This document shows, piece after piece, positions 19,773 to 28,703 of a stretch of 64,000 nt of DNA. Origin of the DNA: Candidatus Improbicoccus pseudotrichonymphae (GTDB lineage Bacteria; Bacillota; Clostridia; Oscillospirales; Acutalibacteraceae); contig AP027924.1 in NCBI GenBank assembly GCA_036322855.1, positions 61,361 to 125,360 of the forward strand, read 5' to 3'. The translations under genes and the position numbers were made by a program. Positions within the stretch are counted from its first letter, which is position 1. Every line of letters begins with the position of its first letter. The notes below the pieces were generated by a model. The model was not told the DNA's origin. It saw only the letters and a list, made by a program, of their open reading frames with translations, and searched no databases.

Positions 19773-19988
19773 ATCTAAACAATCAAATCTAAGGCATTGC
19801 AAAATAAATATATAAGTGATACTATTTAACTGCGATGGAAAAAATAAAATACCCAAGAAGAAAAAATCGAAGTTTTAGAGTTAGATGAACTTTGCATAAA
19901 TTTTAAGAAAAATATTTGGCTTTATGATTGTGGTAAACCCGAAAACTCAAAAACTTGATAGATTTTAATAAATTAAATTTGTAGGATT

Positions 19989-20937
19989 TCAATAAATATG
20001 AATATCAATCTCGGATCTATATTTTTCTAATGCTAATGCCAATTCTTCAGATATCAAAAGATAATCGCCTCTTTCAGTTACACAAACTCTAATATTAGTT
20101 ACACGAAAATCAGGACCAGCTTCGTGCAATAGATCATGTGCATGACATCTAACATAGTTAGAATAGTCTTTTCCGGTGGATTCGCTTGGTTGTTTTTCTC
20201 CTAGTTCATAAACAAACTTAGAGTATTTATTTTCCAGTTCTCCCATTATTTTTTCTCTTATTATATCACTAGGAGGAGAAAAAAATAAAGCTCTTGCTAT
20301 GCCCATGGATTCTGCAACGGATGATTCAAATATATATAATCTGCCACCACGTCTACTAGATTTACCTAAATTTTCATAATACCCTCCTTTAGGATCTTTC
20401 TTATCTACTAATCTGCCTATATTACAAGTTTGGCGAGTTTTTCCACACATTTCGATTTGTCTAATTTCTGGTTTCTCTTTTGGTTCTTCTTCTTCTTCTT
20501 CTTCTTTTGGTTCTTCTTTTGGTTCTTCTTTTTTTATTTCTTCTTCTTCTTCTTCTTCTTTTATTTCTTCTTCTTCTTTTTTTGGTTTTGCCTTTCTAGG
20601 ACTAATTGCATCATATATAACTAAAATACCAACGCCTAAGACACTAATGCCAGCAATAGTTTTAGCTAAACTTGAAAGCTCTTCAGATTTATCAACCGTA
20701 TCGTCCTTTTTACTTTCATCTCCATTTTCATTTTTGTCGTTTTCTTTAACATTACTTTTATCTTCCGATACTTTAACGTTATCTTCGCATTTCGTTGTTT
20801 CAACAGTTTTCTTGCTGCTATCTACAAGTCGATCATCAGACCCAACAGCCCCAACAAAAGACTGACAACACATAATAACAGCTAAAATAGAAGATATTAT
20901 TTTATTGTTTTTATTAATCTTCTTGCTATTTTTATTT

Positions 20938-20966
<29 letters not shown>
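19989..20966 (-). CDS. 5'-module family member A: signal peptide, acidic spacer, TM helix, E/K-rich tract, C-terminal domain type 1
   Basis: N-terminus MKKESNGIGENKNSKKINKNNKIISSILAVIMCCQSFVGA is shared by all family members. C-terminal domain is related to member D (TCNIGRLV, YSKFVY, AGPDFR, SEEL). Confidence 0.75.
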
Positions 20967-21060
<94 letters not shown>

Positions 21061-21112
21061 AACCTTTCCTCCTGATATTAAAATATAAATCAGCGAAAAC
21101 ACTGATAAATTA

Positions 21113-21140
21113 ATTATAGCATTTTGAATTTTGCTGTCAA
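21113..21140 (-). promoter_or_regulatory. sigma-70-type promoter of member A (TTGACA-16-TGCTATAAT)
   Basis: Reverse complement reads TTGACAGCAAAATTCAAAATGCTATAAT; the same motif is upstream of B, D, E and F. Confidence 0.6.
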
Positions 21141-21150
21141 ACAGAATTAT

Positions 21151-21267
21151 GCGAAGCATTTTAATGCGACACTATTTAGCGGTGACTTTGTCTCCGCAAG
21201 AGACAATCTAGAGCCGCATGTTTCTTTGGGTTTCACCCGTTTCTTTGCGTCAAAGAAATGGGTGAAA
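21151..21267 (+). other. conserved three-hairpin element, copy 1
   Basis: GCATT/AATGC; GCGGT..TTGTCTC-loop-GAGACAA..GCCGC; TTTCACCCGTTTCTTTG-cgt-CAAAGAAATGGGTGAAA. Confidence 0.6.
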
Positions 21268-21354
21268 AAGAAATAAACTTTAATATGTTTAATTTAAATA
21301 CTTAGAGATAAAAATTTTATAAATATTATTTTTAAAATTATTTTTATTATCTTA

Positions 21355-21382
21355 TTGACAGCAAAATTCAAAATGCTATAAT
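21355..21382 (+). promoter_or_regulatory. sigma-70-type promoter of member B (TTGACA-16-TGCTATAAT)
   Basis: TTGACA at 21355-21360, extended -10 TGCTATAAT ending at 21382. Confidence 0.6.
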
Positions 21383-21434
21383 TAATTTATCAGTATTTTT
21401 GCTGATTCATATTTTAAAATCAGGAGGTAAAATT

Positions 21435-22283
21435 ATGAAAAATAGCTTCATAAAATCTCTCATGAATTCTCTCAATTCGAGAGAGAGAGAGAGAGAGAGG
21501 TCTCTCAGGGGTTTCTTTATGAAAAAAGAAAGCAATGGAATAGGTGAAAATAAAAATAGCAAGAAGATTAGTAAAAATAATAAGATAATTTCTTCTATTT
21601 TAGCTGTTGTTATGTGTTGTCAGTCTTTGGTTGGGGCTGTCGATCTTCCTTTGACTGTGGATGATAGTAAATTTGTTGAGCCTGTGGGCAAAGATTTGGA
21701 AAATGATAATGATAATTTAGAAAGTAGTAGCGAAGACGAAAATAATTATAAAGACGGCGAAGGCGAAAATAGCGAAGCAGAAAATAACGAAAACAAAAAT
21801 ATAAACAATAGTAAGTCATTTTCAATTTTAGCAAAGGTCTGTATTGGTGTTGGTTCTGGCGTCGGTTTTATTGTTGCTGCTGTCGTCGCAGACTACCTTA
21901 TTGGTAATAGATATACTGTCGAAATTTCTAACTCAAGATATCCGATTTTTGAAATTGATTTTGAAAACCTTGGTTTTTATTCAAAAAAAGATCCATTTGA
22001 TAAAAAATATTATTTGACCATGAATTTCAAAAATTCAGGAAAAATAAAATTTGTGAGAACAATATCGGATTACTATTCTCGCCCAATTAGGTTTGTAACA
22101 AATTCAAATGTTGGAAATGTCAGATCTGATGAAATCGATAAATTTAGTGATTATTCTAAATTTATTATTGATATTTTTAAATGTAAAGAACATGATGGTT
22201 CTAACGCCTTAAAAAAATATTTTAGTAAAAAAATGTTGAAATTAATGCAAAAGGTATCGAGTCATATATTCATTATTTGCTGA
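21435..22283 (+). CDS. 5'-module family member B (leader fused in frame); C-terminal domain type 2
   Basis: MKNSFIKSLMNSLNSRERERERSLRGFFMKKESNGIGENKNSKKISKNNKIISSILAVVMCCQSLVGA..; acidic/N-rich spacer, TM helix (VCIGVGSGVGFIVAAVVA). Confidence 0.7.
   Translation: MKNSFIKSLMNSLNSRERERERSLRGFFMKKESNGIGENKNSKKISKNNKIISSILAVVMCCQSLVGAVDLPLTVDDSKFVEPVGKDLENDNDNLESSSEDENNYKDGEGENSEAENNENKNINNSKSFSILAKVCIGVGSGVGFIVAAVVADYLIGNRYTVEISNSRYPIFEIDFENLGFYSKKDPFDKKYYLTMNFKNSGKIKFVRTISDYYSRPIRFVTNSNVGNVRSDEIDKFSDYSKFIIDIFKCKEHDGSNALKKYFSKKMLKLMQKVSSHIFIIC
21479..21498 (+). repeat. dinucleotide SSR (GA)10 inside leader B
   Basis: Counted directly. Confidence 0.95.
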
Positions 22284-22362
22284 GTAAAGTTAAAAATAAA
22301 AACCGAAATTTCCGTCTAATTGATGGACTTTTTTTTAAGCTAGAAATCGAAGGTGTTAAAGA

Positions 22363-23619
22363 TTGCGAAAGCTTGGTCATGGAAATTATAGCTCCTCTGG
22401 AATTGGCAGACAAAATAAAAGGATACTAGATTGTTTGCGAATATGTGAAGAAAAATGTACTGAAATCTTTGGAAACATTGAAAAAATATGTGAAGAAAAT
22501 TCAAGAAAAGTATTAAAGGCATTCATAGAAAATAAAGTAAGTGAAAATCACTTCAGAGTTTTTACAGGTTATGGGTATGGTAATATCGGAAAAGAAGTTT
22601 TGAATAAATTAGTAAGCCAGATAATGTGCACAGAAAGTGCCCTGGTGGATGAAAATTTTATCAGTGCTACTCACGCCCTGAACGTAAGTTTGTTTGCTAT
22701 AACAAAGCCCGGAGATACGATTTTAAGTGTAACTGGCGCTCCGTATGATACGTTGAAAAAAACTATATACGGTAAAAATACCGGTTCATTACGTGATTTT
22801 GGAATAAAATTTAAAATTTCAAATTTTAAAGATGAAAATTTTTTGGATTTATTAAATAATGATATAAAAGTCATATACATTCAACGTTCTTGCGGATATT
22901 CTTTGAGAGAGAGTTTGAAAATCAGAAATATTGAATCCATAATAAAGAAAATAAAAAAAAGATCTGATGCTTTGATTTTGGTAGATAATTGCTATGGCGA
23001 GTTTGTTCAAGAAAAAGAACCTACAGAAGTTGGAGCTGATTTGATAGTTGGTTCTCTTATAAAAAACCCCGGAGCAGGAATCGCTCCATCCGGAGCTTAT
23101 TTAGCAGGAAAAAGAAACTTAATAGAACTTTGTCTTAATCGTTTTGCTTTCCCGGGAGCAAAGTTGGGAATTGGACCGTCGAAATATAATCGTGAATTAT
23201 TGATGGGTTTTTATTATGCCCCCATGGTCGTAAAAGAAGCATTAAAAACAGCTGTATTTGCGGCCTTATTTTTTGAAACTTTGGGTTTTGAAGTTTCACC
23301 GAAATATAATGAAGAACGCTCTGACATAATACAGGCTATTAATTTTAAAAATAGAGAAAATTTGCTTACTTTTTGTCAGGAAATGCAATCCACGCTCGCC
23401 ATAGACTCTTTTGTAACACCGACACCTTGGAAGATGCCGGGGTACCAAAACGAGATCATAATGTCGTCCGGAGGATTTATATCAGGTTCCACGATAGAAC
23501 TTTCTTGTGACGCTCCGATGCAAAAGCCGTATAGTGTTTTTTTACAAGGCGGGACTAACTTCTACATGTCAAAATTTTCAATACTAAACGCCGCGATGAG
23601 ATTAGTAAATAATCAATAG
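22363..23619 (+). CDS. ynbB: PLP-dependent YnbB / aluminium-resistance family protein (Cys/Met-metabolism lyase-like)
   Basis: KVLKAFIENKVSENHF..TGYGYGNIGKEVL N-terminal block and overall length are typical of this family. TTG start is uncertain. Confidence 0.65.
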   Translation: MRKLGHGNYSSSGIGRQNKRILDCLRICEEKCTEIFGNIEKICEENSRKVLKAFIENKVSENHFRVFTGYGYGNIGKEVLNKLVSQIMCTESALVDENFISATHALNVSLFAITKPGDTILSVTGAPYDTLKKTIYGKNTGSLRDFGIKFKISNFKDENFLDLLNNDIKVIYIQRSCGYSLRESLKIRNIESIIKKIKKRSDALILVDNCYGEFVQEKEPTEVGADLIVGSLIKNPGAGIAPSGAYLAGKRNLIELCLNRFAFPGAKLGIGPSKYNRELLMGFYYAPMVVKEALKTAVFAALFFETLGFEVSPKYNEERSDIIQAINFKNRENLLTFCQEMQSTLAIDSFVTPTPWKMPGYQNEIIMSSGGFISGSTIELSCDAPMQKPYSVFLQGGTNFYMSKFSILNAAMRLVNNQ

Positions 23620-24175
23620 TCTCTTTTAAGAGAGTAGAATTAATTTTTCAAAAATTAAAGATTTTCCATTTGTATGGGAAACTTAGCATAAATTTTTATT
23701 TTTATTTTCATTTTTTGTATAATATTTACATAAATTTTATTACAAGTTAATATTTTTTTAAAGTGCGTACTATGTTGATGTTACCAGAAAAAACGCTAAC
23801 TTTTTGCTTTTTGCCTTTACACGTGTATCCAGCATAGGGCTGTAACCAGGTAATGAAAGTCCGCTATTACAAAAATCCTATAGGTTTCGTAGTAACGATA
23901 AATTATGAGAAAGTCGGCAGGAAGCCATATTATCTTCTTTGCGTAAATAAAGAAGAACAAAATTTTAGGAAACGGCATAAACAGAAAGGAAAAAGGTGAA
24001 AATTGGAAATCGAGAATCAACGGTAGTTGACATGTATTTCGACGGGCAATGGTGCAAGTGCTTACTCCAATGTAATAGGGTGAGGACAATTTCGGGAAAC
24101 AATTTAGCTTTTGATCAGAAAGAAATCAACACCAAGCGTTGAGACAATGCCGACAAAATGTCAATATTTATTTCT

Positions 24176-24257
24176 GCGCCGCCTTGTTTCCTGCAAGGAA
24201 ACATCGTAAGGCGCGATTTCTTTGGGTGTACCCGTTTCTTATAAAAGAAATGGGTAC
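24176..24257 (+). other. conserved hairpin element, copy 2 (divergent; hairpins 2 and 3 with compensatory changes)
   Basis: GCGCC..TGTTTCC-tgca-GGAAACA..GGCGC and GTACCCGTTTCTT-ataa-AAGAAATGGGTAC. Confidence 0.55.
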
Positions 24258-24347
24258 GGAAGAAATAAATTTTATAAAATATTAATTTAAATACTTAGAG
24301 ATAAAAATTTATAAATATATCTTTTCAAAATTTTTCGTGTTATTTGT

Positions 24348-24376
24348 TTGACAAAAAATACTCAAGATATTATAAC
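24348..24376 (+). promoter_or_regulatory. sigma-70-type promoter of member C (TTGACA-17-TATAAC)
   Basis: Position and flanks are homologous to the promoters of the other family members. Confidence 0.5.
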
Positions 24377-24428
24377 TATTTTATCAACATTTATGTTGAT
24401 TCATATTTTAAAATCAGGAGGAAAGGTT

Positions 24429-24528
<100 letters not shown>

Positions 24529-24551
<23 letters not shown>

Positions 24552-25476
24552 TAATGAAAATAATAAGAAGATTAATAAAAACAATAAAATAATATCTTCT
24601 ATTTTAGCTGTTATTATGTGTTGTCAGCCACTCGTCGGGGCTAGTTCTAATACAGATGTCAAAACCTTTAAGGCAGAAAATAACGACAGAGTTGTCGTAG
24701 CAAGCAATGATAAAGTAGTGACCTCTGTAATGAAAAAAAAAGATAATAATAACAGCGGCAACAACAACAACAACAATGATGATGATGATGATGATGATGA
24801 AAAAAACGAAAATACCGAAAAAATTCCCGTGGGTAATATGCTTTCGTTTTTGGGCGGTAGTGCTGTCACGATTTTGACCGCTTTTATTTTGAATAAATTG
24901 AATATCATCAGTTTTGCTCCATCTCAGAATTGGGATTGGGCGAATAGTGATTTTTTTACTTGGGGTAATGTTAAGGAAATCTTGAGAGCACTTGAGCCAA
25001 ATGTGGAGTATTTTGCTATTGTTGCTAATAAAGAAGATGAAGAACCAAATATTGGTTTCTGTAATTATATTGAAATTTTTTGTAATTCATTGGTATTCCA
25101 GATTTTTTCACGTGGAACCAAGAAGTTATTGGTGTTTCTTGAAGAAATTTCACATGATGGTAAAATTGATCCAGGCAGTGACAAAGGAAAAATTAGGTTA
25201 TTTTTTGCTATGAGAGCTCTTTTAATTGCGTGCTATAATATTTCGTCGGACGTGATAAACAAAGAATTTGCAACTAATTTTTTTAGTAAAATACTGCCCA
25301 ATAATAATGAACTGTTTATTCTTTTTAGTTCCGATCAGGATATATCTGATTTATGTCGTCAATTTTACAACATAGAAAAACCAGAAGAAATCACTTTAGT
25401 AATGAAAATAGATGCGATTACTTGGAAATTCAGAGAAAAATATTTTGAAAAAAAAATAGTCTTTGATGAAACTTAG
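24529..25476 (+). CDS. 5'-module family member C; C-terminal domain type 3
   Basis: MKKEKISNNENNKKINKNNKIISSILAVIMCCQPLVGA, N6/D7 homopolymer runs, TM helix (FLGGSAVTILTAFIL), unique ~200-aa C-terminal domain. Confidence 0.7.
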
Positions 25477-25510
25477 TTTAATATTTTAAAAAATGAGGAG
25501 TAGATTTATT

Positions 25511-26548
25511 ATGAGTAAAAATTGTTTAGTGAAGAAAATTTTAGCAATCTTAGTTTTTGGTTTTGTACCTTTTAATGTTTGTGTGTCGGCGTCGAATAGG
25601 TTAGAGGGTCAAAAGACTCAAAAGGTTGCTACTAATCCATCTTTTAAAAAAACTGCAGGAAATACCACAAGTAAGATTAGCCCCATGCCAAGTTTTAAAT
25701 CAGTACTACAGTCATCACCAGAACCACAGTCACCACTACTAACACAAGAACAAATACAACAAATTGAAGCTTTGTTGAAAGAGGTTGGTTTGGAAGAAGA
25801 AGCATATGAAATGCGAGGAATAAAAAATGCAGGTGATTTCATACGGATTATTGAAAAATTAGTTAGATTAATTGGCGAACAAAAAGGAACTTTAATTGAT
25901 CTTGCGGGAACCAACGTTAAATTAAATTCAGAATTAGGTGAACTTGAGGCAACCAACCGTCGTTTAGATTCAGAATTATCGGATTTAAAAAAAAAATTTA
26001 ACGAAACGAGTGATCAAAATACTCTACATACCAAAATTCAGGAATTAAATGAAAAAAATGGTCAACTGATGGCACAACTGCAAAATTCAGAAGCAGAAGT
26101 GTTGGAATTAAAAAGAAAAAATGAACAACTGAATAATGAAAATAGTCAACTGAAAACACAGTTAGATGAACTGCAAAATTCAAATGAGCAACTACTAAAC
26201 AAAATAGATAACCAAACTCAGGAATTAAATGAAAAAAATGATCAACTGAAAACACAGTTAGATGAACTGCAAAGTTCAGAAAAAAAGGTGTTGGTTTTGA
26301 ATGATAAAGTAGGTCTTTTGGAATTGAAATATAAATCGGAATTAAAAGGTTGGTTACAACAAGAGTTACAAAAACTCGAGGAAAGTTTTAGTAGTATGCA
26401 ATTAGTACAAAAAGAAGGCTTTTCACAAGATGTAAAAGAATCGAATGTAAACCGTATGAGATTCCTCTTTTTACAACAATTGCAAGTGCAACGTAAGTTT
26501 CTTTTGAAATGTTATGATTTGAGAAAAAGTATATATTTTGAAGGCTGA
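25511..26548 (+). CDS. secreted coiled-coil protein (companion gene of member C)
   Basis: Signal peptide MSKNCLVKKILAILVFGFVPFNVCVSA, then heptad-like Q/E/N/L repeats (NEKNDQLKTQLDELQ..). Paralogous to 33441..34287. Confidence 0.6.
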   Translation: MSKNCLVKKILAILVFGFVPFNVCVSASNRLEGQKTQKVATNPSFKKTAGNTTSKISPMPSFKSVLQSSPEPQSPLLTQEQIQQIEALLKEVGLEEEAYEMRGIKNAGDFIRIIEKLVRLIGEQKGTLIDLAGTNVKLNSELGELEATNRRLDSELSDLKKKFNETSDQNTLHTKIQELNEKNGQLMAQLQNSEAEVLELKRKNEQLNNENSQLKTQLDELQNSNEQLLNKIDNQTQELNEKNDQLKTQLDELQSSEKKVLVLNDKVGLLELKYKSELKGWLQQELQKLEESFSSMQLVQKEGFSQDVKESNVNRMRFLFLQQLQVQRKFLLKCYDLRKSIYFEG

Positions 26549-26691
26549 TCTGCCATTCTTAGACAATAGTAAGATTTTGATTCTGTAAAGGCGGCTTCTA
26601 AATATCTCTATTTGGGGTTGGGGCGTGTTTTAATTAATTAATTAATATACACTCCCCAATATTTTTTAATTTTTAATCTAGAAATCGCAAA

Positions 26692-28680
26692 TTATTCAGG
26701 TATTTTGTCTTTGTCGTTATTTTTTTCTTTATTTTTGTTATCTTTTTTTTCATTATTTTTTGAATTCTTGTCTAAGTTTTTGTCTTCATCTAATTTCGGT
26801 TCCGGCAACGATGGTTTTTCTCCAACGCCCGATTCGTTACTTACAATTACGTATGCACTACTGTAAATATCCGGCAATCTCACACTATACGCTTTAATTT
26901 CATATACTCCTTCCGTGGCAGGTGCGGTGTAAAGTCCGTTGTTATCTATATTTCCTGTGTTTTTTAATCCAAGTTCCCAACGTATGCGTTTATCATTTAT
27001 TCCATCGATGCTTGCTTCGAATCTTATTTGTTCAAACGGTTTTAAACCTACTGTGTTTGGTTTTATAGTAACTGTAGCATTCTTTTCTAAAATTAGATCT
27101 TTATATGGGTCTTGTTCTTTAACAGGTTTAAACGCCCACCATCTTATATCTATGTGTGTATCGATTGTTTTTTCAAGCAGGCGTACTCCAAGTTTAATAG
27201 TTCCTTTAGAAACATCCACCGCGGCGGCAATTTGGATTGAAGGCACCGATGATTTCAATTCTTCTTCGGAAAAAATACTTTTGTCTCCGAAAATTAAAAG
27301 TTCTTTTTCATATTCCTGAATATTAGCACGATTTACGGCACAAGCTAACACGCCAATTTCTCCCAAACCCAATCCATGAACAAATTCGTACGAGTAATAT
27401 ATTTTGCCGGGTTTGGCGTTAAAACCTAAATTTATTCTTTCGATGCCGGACAAAATATTGTTTTTTTCATTGTTGTTTATGTTATTTTTTTTGTCATTAT
27501 TATTATCAGCATCCGCGTAGGTATTATTTTTTTCGTTGCTATCTTTGCCTTCGATTGAAATAGCCTTCGAATCGATTTTTTTTTCGGCTCTGATTTTTTT
27601 AACATTTGTTCCTTGAAAATCTTGCAAAAGTTTCAATAATTCATTGCTGTATAAAAACTGTTCGAATGGATGTTTTTTAAATTCTTCTATAAAATATGAA
27701 GTTTTATTGTTTATTATATTAAACTTTGCAAGATATATATTTTTGTTTGCCGCCAATTCTAAAATTTCATCAAAATGCCTGGAATAATAGTCTCTCACTA
27801 TTAAATTTCTTATATCTTCTGTGACAACTTGTATCGGTATGCTTATATTTTTTTCTATATTGTATTTTTCTTTTCCTATGTTCAAAACAAATGTATCTTT
27901 CGGAATAATCATTTCTGTTAAAACAGATTCCTGGGCATCACAATACAAAAAATAGTCTTTTTGAATACTTTTATAACTTGTTATTTCAGATTCATCGTAT
28001 TTTATTATCAAATTTCTGTTACTGGAAGTCTCATTAACTTTAAACAAGTTGCCGTACAATTCAAAATTGTAATTTATTGCTTCTTCTATTTTTTCTTTTT
28101 CAAAAAATAAACGTATTTGAGTAATTTTATTGGAATTAATATATTTTTCAGTTTCCATTGTGATTTTTACATTATTTTTATTATAAATTTCGGTTCTTTT
28201 TTTCACAAGAAAATCAAGCGTTAGCTCACTTTCTTCTGATATATCCGAAGTTAAATATAGTTCGTAATCTTCACTTATTCTGTTGAATTGTTTATTTTCC
28301 CCCATTTGTTTGCCGGCGCTGGCTAATGAAAACGTACTTTCGTTTAAATTTTCTTTGTATCTTATACATAAATATACCGTGTGGTTGTTTTTGTTTTCTT
28401 CAAAACCTTTTATCACATTTAATTTTCTTACACACGGTTCCGAAACAATTATTTCCCTCCCTAGGTGATCAATTGCCATACCGGTTTCAAGAGAAAATGT
28501 ATGATTATCCATAAGAATTACATCAAGTCCCGAAACAATTCCTACTCCACCCAACATACGACTGCAAAGATAACGTTTTGAATTAAAATATTTTTGTTCA
28601 TTTATAAAATCCTTTGCCGTCATAAGTTTACCGAAAAAATAATTGTTACGTTGATTTGTGTAATAATGGCCATTATTCAT
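26692..28680 (-). CDS. baseplate-associated protein of contractile injection systems / phage tails, with a C-terminal Ig-like (Big_2-type) domain
   Basis: Translationally adjacent to the gpI-like gene. N-terminal block FFGKLMTAKDFINEQKYF..RMLGGVGIVSGLDV..GMAIDHLGREI resembles proteins I recall next to gpI in eCIS loci. C-terminus has NGLYTAPATEGVYEIKAYS. Confidence 0.5.
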   Translation of the reverse strand: MNNGHYYTNQRNNYFFGKLMTAKDFINEQKYFNSKRYLCSRMLGGVGIVSGLDVILMDNHTFSLETGMAIDHLGREIIVSEPCVRKLNVIKGFEENKNNHTVYLCIRYKENLNESTFSLASAGKQMGENKQFNRISEDYELYLTSDISEESELTLDFLVKKRTEIYNKNNVKITMETEKYINSNKITQIRLFFEKEKIEEAINYNFELYGNLFKVNETSSNRNLIIKYDESEITSYKSIQKDYFLYCDAQESVLTEMIIPKDTFVLNIGKEKYNIEKNISIPIQVVTEDIRNLIVRDYYSRHFDEILELAANKNIYLAKFNIINNKTSYFIEEFKKHPFEQFLYSNELLKLLQDFQGTNVKKIRAEKKIDSKAISIEGKDSNEKNNTYADADNNNDKKNNINNNEKNNILSGIERINLGFNAKPGKIYYSYEFVHGLGLGEIGVLACAVNRANIQEYEKELLIFGDKSIFSEEELKSSVPSIQIAAAVDVSKGTIKLGVRLLEKTIDTHIDIRWWAFKPVKEQDPYKDLILEKNATVTIKPNTVGLKPFEQIRFEASIDGINDKRIRWELGLKNTGNIDNNGLYTAPATEGVYEIKAYSVRLPDIYSSAYVIVSNESGVGEKPSLPEPKLDEDKNLDKNSKNNEKKDNKNKEKNNDKDKIPE

Positions 28681-28703
28681 CTAATTTTCCTCCGCAATTA
28701 ATT

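Noticed and set aside
23790-24170. RNase P RNA (GAAAGTCCG CR-I-like motif, GGCAGGAAGCC and a 7-bp long-range pairing, size ~380 nt)
   Set aside because: The obligatory P4 3' strand / CR-V (..ACAGAA..GGCUUA type, here expected ~GCGGCTT) is absent, and the order of the other motifs does not match type A or type B architecture as I remember them. It is kept only as an unassigned ORF-free region.
23763-24257. Group II intron (GTGCG at 23763; GAGCCGCATG in the conserved element resembling the 5' half of domain V)
   Set aside because: No 34-nt domain V can be drawn: there is no complementary 3' half, no GNRA loop and no 2-nt bulge. There is no bulged-A domain VI and no RT/maturase ORF. The repeated element is only ~115 nt.
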